Source: Candidatus Aldehydirespirator sp. (GTDB lineage: Bacteria; Actinomycetota; Acidimicrobiia; Acidimicrobiales; Aldehydirespiratoraceae). From it: a stretch of DNA of 64,000 nt. A program made the translations under genes and the position numbers. Location of the stretch: NCBI GenBank assembly GCA_965205155.1, contig OZ242033.1:1460590-1524589 (forward strand), read 5' to 3'. The notes under the pieces are model-generated. The model made no database searches. It worked only from the letters and a program-made list of their open reading frames with translations, and was not told the origin of the DNA. This document shows positions 56,247 to 64,000 of this stretch, piece after piece (position 1 is the first letter of the stretch; each line of letters starts with the position of its first letter).

Positions 56247-57941
56247 ATGGCACAGCGCGACCGCCGCTACGACTTCGTGATCGTGGGCGGCGGCTCGGCC
56301 GGGTGCGCGCTGGCCAACCGGCTCAGTGCCGATCCTGGCACCTCGGTGCTGGTGCTGGAGGCGGGCCGGCGGGACTGGCGCTTCGACGTGTACATACACA
56401 TGCCCGCGGCCCTGTCGTTCCCCATCGGCAACCGCTTCTACGACTGGCAGTACACCTCCGAGCCCGAGCCCCACATGGGCGGGCGCCGCGTCTACCACGC
56501 CCGGGGCAAGGTGCTGGGCGGATCGTCCAGCATCAACGGCATGATCTTCCAGCGGGGCAACCCCCTCGACTACGAGCGCTGGGCCGCCGATCCCGGCATG
56601 GACAACTGGGACTACGCCCACTGCCTGCCCTACTTCAAGCGCATGGAGCGCTGCCTGGCCGGCGACGACCACAGCGGTCCGCCCTCCAGCCGCGGCAGGG
56701 GCGCGTACCGCGGCGACCGGGGCCCGCTGGTACTGGAGCGGGGACCGGCCACCAACCCCCTGTTCGAGGCCTTCCTGGAAGCCACCGAGCAGGCCGGCCA
56801 CCCCCGGACCGCCGATGTCAACGGCTACCGCCAGGAGGGCTTCGCCGCCTTCGACCGCAACGTCCACCGGGGCCGGCGCCTCAGCGCGTCCCAGGCCTAC
56901 CTGCACCCGGTGCTCAGCCGGCCCAACCTCCACCTCATCACCCGGGCCCTCACCACCACGATCCTCTTCGAGGGCGACCGGGCCACCGGCGTCACCTACA
57001 CCAAGGGCGGCCGCAGCCGAACCGTGAACGCCGGTGAAGTGATCTGCTGCGGCGGGGCCATCAACTCGCCGCAGCTCCTGCAGCTCTCCGGCGTGGGCCC
57101 GGCCGGTCTCCTGCACCGCCACGGCATCGACGTGGTGGCCGACGTTCCCGCGGTGGGCGCCAACATGCAGGACCACCTGGAGGTGTACGTCCAGTACGCC
57201 TGCAAGCAGCCGGTGTCGATGCAGCCGCACCTGGCCAAGTGGCGCCGCCCCTGGATCGGCCTGCAGTGGCTGGCCCGGCGCGGGCCGGCCGCCACCAACC
57301 ACTTCGAAGCGGGCGGCTTCATCCGCAGCAACGACGACGTCGCCTACCCCAACCTCATGTTCCACTTCCTGCCCATCGCCATCCGCTACGACGGCTCGGT
57401 GCCCGAGGGCGGCCACGGCTACCAGGTGCACGTCGGGCCGATGTACAGCAACTCGCGGGGGACCGTGGCCATCGTCTCGACCGACCCCCGGACCAAGCCC
57501 GCGCTGCGCTTCAACTACCTGTCCACCGACGAGGACCGCCGCGAGTGGGCGGAGGCCGTCCGCCACGCCCGCCACATCCTCAACCAGCCGGCCATGGACC
57601 CGTTCAACGGTGGGGAGGTGTCACCCGGCCCTGCAGTCAGCACCGACGAAGAGATCCTCGACTGGGTGCGGCGCGACGCCGAGACCGCCCTGCACCCGTC
57701 CTGCACCGCCCGCATGGGCCTCGGCGACGACTCGGCGCTGCACCCGGACTCGCTCGAGGTCCACGGCACCACCGGCCTGCGGGTCGTGGACGCCTCGTCG
57801 ATGCCGTATGTGACCAACGGCAACATCTACGCGCCGGTGATGATGCTGGCCGAGAAGGCCGCCGACCTGATCCTGGGCAATACCCCGCCGGCTCCCGAAC
57901 CCGTGGACTTCTACCGGGCCAGCCCCACCGGTGTGACCTAA
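56247..57941 (+). CDS. betA: choline dehydrogenase (GMC oxidoreductase)
   Basis: [39 protein letters not shown]-terminal HPSCTARMG and DASSMP. ATG follows GGAGGG. Confidence 0.8.
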   Translation: MAQRDRRYDFVIVGGGSAGCALANRLSADPGTSVLVLEAGRRDWRFDVYIHMPAALSFPIGNRFYDWQYTSEPEPHMGGRRVYHARGKVLGGSSSINGMIFQRGNPLDYERWAADPGMDNWDYAHCLPYFKRMERCLAGDDHSGPPSSRGRGAYRGDRGPLVLERGPATNPLFEAFLEATEQAGHPRTADVNGYRQEGFAAFDRNVHRGRRLSASQAYLHPVLSRPNLHLITRALTTTILFEGDRATGVTYTKGGRSRTVNAGEVICCGGAINSPQLLQLSGVGPAGLLHRHGIDVVADVPAVGANMQDHLEVYVQYACKQPVSMQPHLAKWRRPWIGLQWLARRGPAATNHFEAGGFIRSNDDVAYPNLMFHFLPIAIRYDGSVPEGGHGYQVHVGPMYSNSRGTVAIVSTDPRTKPALRFNYLSTDEDRREWAEAVRHARHILNQPAMDPFNGGEVSPGPAVSTDEEILDWVRRDAETALHPSCTARMGLGDDSALHPDSLEVHGTTGLRVVDASSMPYVTNGNIYAPVMMLAEKAADLILGNTPPAPEPVDFYRASPTGVT

Positions 57942-58047
57942 ATCACACCCGCTCTGACCTCCAATTAGTTGCAATCCGGCGCGTGCGGCGAAACAATCTG
58001 GAGAGAGCCGACGATGTGGCGTACACAGGGCAAAGGAGGAAGCGAGA

Positions 58048-58197
58048 ATGAGTTCCATTCCCTTCAGCAACACCAGAGTTAGCGCCAGCACAGTGTGGCG
58101 AGACGCCATAGGGCCCGGCTATGCCGTAGGCGTGGCCGAGGGCCTGGTGCGAGTGACCGGTGACGCCGCCGGCCGCCCCTACCGGGTCCGCCGCTGA
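58048..58197 (+). CDS. candidate small ORF (49 aa) with strong Shine-Dalgarno, unknown function
   Basis: AAAGGAGGAAGCGAGA-ATG. It reads MSSIPFSNTRVSASTVWRDAIGPGYAVGVAEGLVRVTGDAAGRPYRVRR. It is below the ORF-track size cut-off and I recognise no homology. Confidence 0.25.
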   Translation: MSSIPFSNTRVSASTVWRDAIGPGYAVGVAEGLVRVTGDAAGRPYRVRR

Positions 58198-58253
58198 CGG
58201 ACTTCGAGTCGGCACGACAATCCCTTCCAGAGGGGCCATAGCCCCTCACAATC

Positions 58254-58306
58254 TCGAGGCCCCGCCGGTATCGGTGACCCCCCAGCCGATACGGCGAGGG
58301 CCTCGA
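58254..58306 (+). promoter_or_regulatory. long imperfect hairpin (about 20 bp, two bulges, 11-nt C-rich loop) 50 nt upstream of metY
   Basis: TCGAGGCCCCGCCGGTATCGG-TGACCCCCCAG-CCGATACGGCGAGGGCCTCGA. It is preceded by a second hairpin, GAGGGGC-CATA-GCCCCTC, at 58230-58247. Confidence 0.4.
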
Positions 58307-58356
58307 CGCGTCCAGCCTGTGGCCTCAATTCCGGCTCGGCCTCTAGGCTCGCCGGT

Positions 58357-59649
58357 GTGGTAGAGCCCGACTTCCTTCGCTTCGACACCCTCAGCCTCCA
58401 CGCCGGCCAGCACAGCGACCCCACCACCGGGGCCAGGGCCGTGCCCATCTACTTCACGACCTCGTACTCCTTCGAGGACACCGACCACGCGGCCGGGCTG
58501 TTCAACCTCGAGATCCCGGGCCACATCTACTCCCGGATCTCCAATCCCACCGTGGCCGTGCTCGAGGAGCGGGTCGCGGCGCTGGAGGGCGGGGTGGGCG
58601 CGGTTGCCACCGCCAGCGGGCAGGCCGCCTTCTTCCTGGCCGTGGCCACCCTCATGGACACGGGCGGACACATCGTGGCCAGCCGCAACATCTACGGCGG
58701 CACCCACAACATGCTCAACCTCACCCTGCCGCGCTTCGGCATCACCACCACGTTCGTTGACCCCCGCCGACCCGACGAGTTCGGGGCCGCCATAAGGGCT
58801 GACACCCGCCTCGTCTTCGCCGAGACGCTCGGCAATCCCGGCATCGAGGTCCTCGACATCGCCGCGGTGGCCGGTGTCGCCCACGAGCACCGCCTGCCGC
58901 TGATGGTGGACGCCACCTTCTCCACCCCGTACCTCATCCGGCCCTTCGAGCACGGCGCCGACATCGTGATGCACTCGGTCACCAAGTTCCTGGGCGGCCA
59001 CGGGGTGGCTCTCGGAGGCATGCTCGTCGACGGCGGCCACTTCGACTGGGACGCCTCGGGGCTATTCCCCACCATCACCGAGCCCTACGCCGGCTACCAC
59101 GGCATCAGCTTCAGCGACGAGTTCGGTCCCAGTGCCTTCATCAGCCGGGCCCGGGCCGAGGGGCTGCGCGACTTCGGAGCCTGCATGAGCCCGGCCAACG
59201 CCTTCCAGATCCTCCAGGGCGTCGAGACGCTGCCGCTCAGGATGCAGCGCCATGTGGCCAACACCGAGGCCGTGGCCGAGGCGCTGGCCGCCAACGACGC
59301 GGTGACCTGGGTCAAGTACCCGTCCCTGGCCAGCCACCCTGACCACGACCTGGCCCGCAGGCTCTACCCGAGGGGAACCGGGGCCATCCTGAGCTTCGGC
59401 GTCGCCGGGGGCCGCGACGCCGGGGCCAAGTTCATCGCGGCGGTCCGGCTGGCCTCCCATCTGGCCAATGTGGGCGACGCCAAGACGCTGGTGATCCACC
59501 CGGCCAGCACCACCCACCAGCAGATGTCCGCCGCCGACCTGGCCGCGGCCGGGGTGGGGGAGGACCTGGTGCGGATCTCGGTCGGGCTGGAGGACCCCCG
59601 CGACATCATCGAGGATCTGGAGCGGGCCCTAAAGGCCTCGCAACGCTGA
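58357..59649 (+). CDS. metY: O-acetylhomoserine sulfhydrylase / aminocarboxypropyltransferase
   Basis: FDTLSLHAGQ, PIYFTTSY, IYSRISNPT, and HSVTKFLGGHG (PLP lysine). 430 aa. Confidence 0.85.
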   Translation: MVEPDFLRFDTLSLHAGQHSDPTTGARAVPIYFTTSYSFEDTDHAAGLFNLEIPGHIYSRISNPTVAVLEERVAALEGGVGAVATASGQAAFFLAVATLMDTGGHIVASRNIYGGTHNMLNLTLPRFGITTTFVDPRRPDEFGAAIRADTRLVFAETLGNPGIEVLDIAAVAGVAHEHRLPLMVDATFSTPYLIRPFEHGADIVMHSVTKFLGGHGVALGGMLVDGGHFDWDASGLFPTITEPYAGYHGISFSDEFGPSAFISRARAEGLRDFGACMSPANAFQILQGVETLPLRMQRHVANTEAVAEALAANDAVTWVKYPSLASHPDHDLARRLYPRGTGAILSFGVAGGRDAGAKFIAAVRLASHLANVGDAKTLVIHPASTTHQQMSAADLAAAGVGEDLVRISVGLEDPRDIIEDLERALKASQR

Positions 59650-59662
59650 GAGCCGAACCGAC

Positions 59663-60460
59663 GTGGAAGCGCTGATCGACGGGCGGGTGGTGCGCTGCGC
59701 CACCGGGGGCCGCCGCATCGACGGCGACGAGCCCGCAGTGGTGCTGGTGCACGGAGCGGGCGGCGACCGCACGGTGTGGCAGCTCCAGACCCGCTGGATC
59801 GCGCACCACGGCTACCGGGCCGCGGCGGTGGACCTGCCCGGACACGGCGGCAGCCAGGGTCCCGCGCTGGCCGGCATCACCGAGATGGGGGAGTGGCTGG
59901 CGAAGGCCACCGAGGCCCTGGGCCTGGCGCCCGCCCACCTGGTGGGGCACTCGATGGGCACGTTCGTGGTGCTGGAGGCGGCCGCCCAGCGGCCCGACGC
60001 GGTCCGATCGCTGGTGCTGCTGGGAACCGCGGGGGCGATGCCGGTGCATCCCGCGCTGCAGTCGGCCGCCGATGCCGACGACCCGGTGGCCGGGCGGCTC
60101 ATCACCTCGTGGGGAATAGGCAGTCGAGCGCACACCGGCGGGCACGCCTCGCCGGGCATGTGGCTGATCGGGGGGAACACCTCGCTGCTGGACCGGGCCC
60201 CTCCCGGAGTGCTGGCCGGCGACCTGGCCGCCTGCAACGCCTACGACGGGGCCGAAGCGGCCGCGGCCCGGGTTCAGTGCCCGGTGACGCTGATCCTGGG
60301 CCGTGAGGACAAGATGACCCCCAACAAGCGGGCTGCCGGGATGATCGACGCCTTCGGGGATGCTCGCACCGTGCACCTGGACCGGGTCGGCCACTTCCTA
60401 CAGATCGAGAGCCCGATCCCGGTCCGCGAAGCCATCGCGTCCGCTCTGGCCCGCGCCTGA
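59663..60460 (+). CDS. alpha/beta-fold hydrolase
   Basis: VVLVHGAGGD, nucleophile elbow GHSMG, and a C-terminal GH in VGHFLQIE. Confidence 0.75.
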   Translation: MEALIDGRVVRCATGGRRIDGDEPAVVLVHGAGGDRTVWQLQTRWIAHHGYRAAAVDLPGHGGSQGPALAGITEMGEWLAKATEALGLAPAHLVGHSMGTFVVLEAAAQRPDAVRSLVLLGTAGAMPVHPALQSAADADDPVAGRLITSWGIGSRAHTGGHASPGMWLIGGNTSLLDRAPPGVLAGDLAACNAYDGAEAAAARVQCPVTLILGREDKMTPNKRAAGMIDAFGDARTVHLDRVGHFLQIESPIPVREAIASALARA

Positions 60461-60598
60461 TCCGCCGCCGCACGTCCAGCAGTCGCAGCAGACCGCCTGG
60501 CCCGAGAGCGAGCAGGGCTGGCTCCTTCTTGACGTAGTTGTGCCGATGTGAGACGTACAACTGCGTCAAGAAGCGGCGTGGTTCATGTCGGCGGCGCG

Positions 60599-61987
60599 AT
60601 GAGAGCTGCGGCTCGGCCTCTGGATGTGACGGAAGTCACGCTTGAGTCGTCCTCGCGCCCGCGGTCGCTGACTTACGATCCGAGCGTGGCCTCCGGCGCC
60701 GTGGTGAGACCTGAGCCCGGCGATGACGGGCTGACGGGCGGACCCTGGATAGAGCCGCGCGGCGACAGCTTCGGCGCGGTCAGGTCGCTGCTCGTCGGCG
60801 TGGCCCTGGTCATGAGCTGCAACGGCCTGCTGCGCGTCGCCCTGGGCGTTCGGGCCGAGCTGGAGGACTTCGGGCTGGCCGTGACCGGCGTGGTGATGGC
60901 CGGCTACTTCCTGGGCTTCCTGTTCGGAACCAGGGCGGCCGAGCACTTCATCGCCTCCGTCGGCCACATCCGGGTGTTCGCCGCCCTGTCCTCGGTGGGC
61001 TCGGCCGCCGCCATCCTGCACGTGGTCTGGGTCCATCCGGCGTCGTGGACGCTGCTGAGGCTCGCCTACGGGCTGTGCCTGGCCGGCATCCTGGTGACCG
61101 TCGAGTCGTGGCTCAACGACATGGCCACCAACGCCACCCGGGGCCGGATGCTGTCGCGCTACATGATCGTGACCATGGGCGGGATGGCGGTGGGCCAGTT
61201 GATGCTCAACCTCGCCGATCCGGGCGGCTTCAAGCTGTTCGTGGTGTCCTCGGCGCTGATCTCGTTCGCGCTGGTGCCGGTGGCACTGTCGGCGTCCACC
61301 GCGCCGCCGCTCGTTGTGCCCGAGCCGATCTCGGTGCGCGAGCTCGTCAAGATCGTGCCGCTGGGGCTGCTGACCGCGTTCTGGGTGGGCGTCTCACAGG
61401 GCTGCCTGATGGGGCTGGGCGCCTTCTACGCCGCCTCCGAGGGCCTGTCCAACACCCGGATCTCGCTGTTCGTGGTCTCGTCGATGGTGGGGTCGGTGGC
61501 GTTCCAGTGGCTCGTCGGCAGCGCCTCCGATCGAGTGCCCCGCCGCTATGTGATCCTTGTCGTGGCCATAGTCGCGGCCACCTCGGCGGGGCTGCACCTG
61601 CTGGTGTCGGTGGGATCGGCTCTGTCGCTGCTGCTCATGCTCGTCCACGGCGGCTCGACCTTCCCGCTGTACTCGCTGGCCGTGGCCACCACCGCCGACA
61701 GCGTCTCGCCCGCGCAGCTGACCGGAGCCAGCGCATCGCTGGTGCGGGTCAGCGGGGTCGGGGCCGTGATCGGGCCGACGCTGGGCGGGTTCCTGATGGC
61801 GGCCATCGCGCCGTGGGCCTACTTCGGGATCCTGGTCGTGTGCCACGCCGTAATCGCCCTGTACGTCGTGTACCGCATGCTCACACGACCGGCCCCGCCC
61901 GTCGCCGAGCAGGGCACGTTCGATCCCTGGCCGCTTCGGGCCTCAGCCGTCGCCGCCAACCTCCTGCGCCGCCCGCGCCTCCGCTAA
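60599..61987 (+). CDS. MFS transporter (start uncertain)
   Basis: 12 hydrophobic segments by eye. MFS-like loop NDMATNATRGRMLSRY between TM2 and TM3. ORF opens at GTG 60548; ATG 60599 chosen. Confidence 0.7.
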   Translation: MRAAARPLDVTEVTLESSSRPRSLTYDPSVASGAVVRPEPGDDGLTGGPWIEPRGDSFGAVRSLLVGVALVMSCNGLLRVALGVRAELEDFGLAVTGVVMAGYFLGFLFGTRAAEHFIASVGHIRVFAALSSVGSAAAILHVVWVHPASWTLLRLAYGLCLAGILVTVESWLNDMATNATRGRMLSRYMIVTMGGMAVGQLMLNLADPGGFKLFVVSSALISFALVPVALSASTAPPLVVPEPISVRELVKIVPLGLLTAFWVGVSQGCLMGLGAFYAASEGLSNTRISLFVVSSMVGSVAFQWLVGSASDRVPRRYVILVVAIVAATSAGLHLLVSVGSALSLLLMLVHGGSTFPLYSLAVATTADSVSPAQLTGASASLVRVSGVGAVIGPTLGGFLMAAIAPWAYFGILVVCHAVIALYVVYRMLTRPAPPVAEQGTFDPWPLRASAVAANLLRRPRLR

Positions 61988-62021
61988 CGGCGCTAGAGGG
62001 GGGCGACTAGTCTGAGACCCC

Positions 62022-63788
62022 GTGAGAACGCATCCGGCGAAGCCATCGCGTCATCTCGGGCACTCGTGGAGTCTGCTGCTGGTGGCGGCGCTGGTCGCGG
62101 TGGCGGCCTGCGGCGGCTCGACGGAAGGCGATGGCGCGACCGATCCACCCGCCACGACCGCCGGCTCCGCCGACACGGCCCCGGAGCCGGCTGAGCCTGA
62201 GGTGGGCCGCCCCGGCGGCGAGATCGTGCTGGCGGTGGAGCAGTGGCCCGAGTGTCTCAACCCGCTCACCTCCTGCGCCAATGCCAGCTGGCTCGGCTGG
62301 TCGGTGCTCGTCCATCTCCAGACGGGCCTGATGGAGTACGACGAGGGCAACAACTTGAGGGCCTCCCCGGTGATCGTCGAGGCTCCCAGCCCGGACAACG
62401 GCGGCGTGGAGACCCACCCCGACGGCGGCTTCACCGTGACCTACCGGCTCAACCAGGATGCTCGCTGGAGCGACGGCACGCCCATCACCAGCACCGACGT
62501 GTGGTTCACGTGGCGGGCCGTGCTCGACACCGAAGGCTCGCTCAACGACATCGGCTACGACCTCATCACCGATGTGGGCCACAGCGATCCGCACACCGCG
62601 GTCATCATGTTCTCCGAGCCCTACGCACCCTGGCGCCAGCTCTTCGGCGCGCTCCTCCCGGCCCACGGCTTCGACGGCCAGACCGAGATATCCGGCTACT
62701 GGAACGACTCGATCCCGATCTCGGCCGGGCCGTGGCGCCAGGAGTCCTGGAGCCAGGAGCAGCACATCCTCGTTCCCAACGAGAACTACTGGGTCGCCGA
62801 CCGGATGCCGCTGGTCGACCGGGTGGTGATGGTCCCCAGGGAGGACACCGACACCGAGGTCGCGGCCCTGCAGACCGGCGAGGCCATGGCCGCCTTCCCC
62901 CAGCCCTTCCCAGGCGCCAAGCAGCGTCTCGGACCGCCGTTGGCGTTCGTGTCCGGCGAGGGCATCTTCATGGAGGGCCTCTGGATCAATCAGGCCGCGC
63001 CCGACCGGCGCTTCGAGATAACCACAGGGCTCCGTCAGGCTCTCGCCTATTCACTCGATCGGGAGCAGGTCGCCGAGGTCGCGCTGGGCCCCATCATCGA
63101 CGATCCGGTGGTGCTGCAGTGCGCAGGCTGGAACCCGGCCTTCGGGGAGTGGTGCGCTGACGATTTCGCCGGCTACCGCCAGGACATGGACGCCGTCGAG
63201 GAGCTGCTGACCGCCGACGGCTGGACACGCCCTGACCCCCAGGGCCTGTGGGTCAACTCCGAGGGCGTCGAGCTGGTGCTGCAGTGGAACACCGTTGCCG
63301 GGAACAAGCGCCGCGAGGACATCCAGGCTCTGGTTACCGAGATGACCAAGCCGTTCGGGATCGGCTGGGAGATCATCAACTACGACGCGGGCGAACTCTT
63401 CCAGAACCGCCTGCCGGTCATGAACTTCGGCCCGGTGGCGCTGTTCGCCAACAGCACCAACCCCGATCCGTCCGTCACGGCCCTCTACGACATTGACGGC
63501 ATCCCCACCGAGGCCAATTCCTACAGCGGCCAGAACTTCACCGCCTACGCCAGCCAGCAGGCCAGCGACCTGGCCTTCGCCATCGACGCCGAACTCGACG
63601 AGGCAGAGCGCTTGAAGCTGGTGCACGAGCTGGGGGCCCTGCTCGCCGACGACGTCCCCTGGATCCCGCTGTACATGCTGCCGAACCTGCTGGCCTGGGA
63701 TCCCGAGGTGCTGGAGGGACCGGGCAAGTACGTGTCGAGCGTGTATGGCGGCTTCTACGACATCTACGACTGGACCGTGACCGGGTGA
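62022..63788 (+). CDS. ABC transporter substrate-binding lipoprotein, family 5 (peptide/nickel/opine type)
   Basis: Lipobox LVAVAACGG. The size (588 aa) and blocks (WSDGTPITSTDVWFTW, NENYW) are typical of DppA/OppA-like SBPs. Confidence 0.75.
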   Translation: MRTHPAKPSRHLGHSWSLLLVAALVAVAACGGSTEGDGATDPPATTAGSADTAPEPAEPEVGRPGGEIVLAVEQWPECLNPLTSCANASWLGWSVLVHLQTGLMEYDEGNNLRASPVIVEAPSPDNGGVETHPDGGFTVTYRLNQDARWSDGTPITSTDVWFTWRAVLDTEGSLNDIGYDLITDVGHSDPHTAVIMFSEPYAPWRQLFGALLPAHGFDGQTEISGYWNDSIPISAGPWRQESWSQEQHILVPNENYWVADRMPLVDRVVMVPREDTDTEVAALQTGEAMAAFPQPFPGAKQRLGPPLAFVSGEGIFMEGLWINQAAPDRRFEITTGLRQALAYSLDREQVAEVALGPIIDDPVVLQCAGWNPAFGEWCADDFAGYRQDMDAVEELLTADGWTRPDPQGLWVNSEGVELVLQWNTVAGNKRREDIQALVTEMTKPFGIGWEIINYDAGELFQNRLPVMNFGPVALFANSTNPDPSVTALYDIDGIPTEANSYSGQNFTAYASQQASDLAFAIDAELDEAERLKLVHELGALLADDVPWIPLYMLPNLLAWDPEVLEGPGKYVSSVYGGFYDIYDWTVTG

Positions 63789-63793
63789 GCCGC

Positions 63794-63915
63794 AGAGGCC
63801 GAGCGAATAGGGGCACGACTCCGGCCCATACGGGCGAGGCCGTGGCCCGAGCGGCCCGTGAGCGCAGCGAACAAGAGCGGGAATGACACCGCCGCGGGGC
63901 GACCGGCTCTCTCCC
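63794..63915 (+). repeat. repeat family 2, copy B, between SBP gene and the next gene
   Basis: CAGAGGCCGAGCGAATAGGGGC...; the 63-nt core 63834-63896 is identical to copy A. Confidence 0.9.
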
Positions 63916-63970
63916 GTTTGCGGACGCCCTAGGGTGATCCGTCCAGCGGGGCCGGCGGGCACACTTCAGA

Positions 63971-63999
63971 GGTGATCCGCTACGCGGCCGGACGCCTCG
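63971..63999 (+). CDS. start of an ABC permease gene (fragment at window edge)
   Basis: GTG then IRYAAGRLA, resembling the conserved N-terminus of DppB/OppB-type permeases downstream of a family-5 SBP. Only about 10 codons are visible. Confidence 0.35.
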
Positions 64000-64000
64000 C

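Noticed and set aside
56023-56253. 76-aa minus-strand ORF and related ORF fragments sharing [15 protein letters not shown]
   Set aside because: The shared peptide arises from translating repeat family 2 on its antisense strand at 56024 and, within the long artefactual plus-strand ORF 8743..9996, at 9519. The frames are not conserved outside the repeat core and lack starts or RBS, so these are non-coding repeats.
57942-58356. SAM riboswitch upstream of metY
   Set aside because: I could not find the conserved cores I remember for SAM-I, SAM-IV (GGCAACC / GGUGCCCC blocks) or SAM-II/V (AAAGCU-containing pseudoknot). It is left as an unassigned structured leader rather than called a riboswitch.

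Overview
This is a high-GC actinobacterial-type chromosome segment. Hand-counted lines run about 62-70% G+C. Supporting signs are a WhiB-family regulator, a DinB/mycothiol-type protein, frequent GTG starts and many long antisense ORF artefacts. I can support about 55 protein genes. I found no rRNA, tRNA, CRISPR array, transposase or integrase by eye.

The backbone is core and catabolic metabolism:
- a partial protocatechuate-4,5-cleavage lower pathway (LigJ-like, LigI-like and a PrpF-type tautomerase) plus a CoA transferase
- icd, mdh, plsC, a heterodimeric ABC exporter, Fpg/Nei, SulP, a desaturase and metY
- a dense set of choline/betaine/methylamine-type genes: choline dehydrogenase, two FAD+GcvT dimethylglycine/sarcosine-dehydrogenase-like fusions, two Rieske oxygenases and one MttB-family methyltransferase without in-frame TAG

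Two lower-GC accessory islands interrupt the backbone:
- Island 1 (about 23.5-30.5 kb) carries an Mrr-nuclease fusion, an AbiEi/AbiEii-like pair, an RHH-MazF pair and a pentapeptide-repeat/FRG gene broken by one in-frame TAG.
- Island 2 (about 50.5-55.6 kb) carries tandem small membrane paralogs, a HigA-like HTH overlapping a DprA/Smf-like gene, and an XRE-ImmA plus PIN-like pair.

The most interesting item is a gene the ORF track splits. It is a UGSC-motif selenoprotein candidate (43262-43777, minus strand). Its in-frame TGA is followed 11 nt later by a SECIS-like hairpin. It lies immediately downstream of, and co-directional with, an uncharacterised 370-aa gene, beside the divergently oriented MttB/Rieske/DMGDH-like genes.

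Two intergenic repeat families are also present. One is a hairpin-forming 50-nt element. The other is a 125-nt element whose 5' 12-mer recurs right at stop codons.

All functional calls come from motifs read by eye; no database search was possible.
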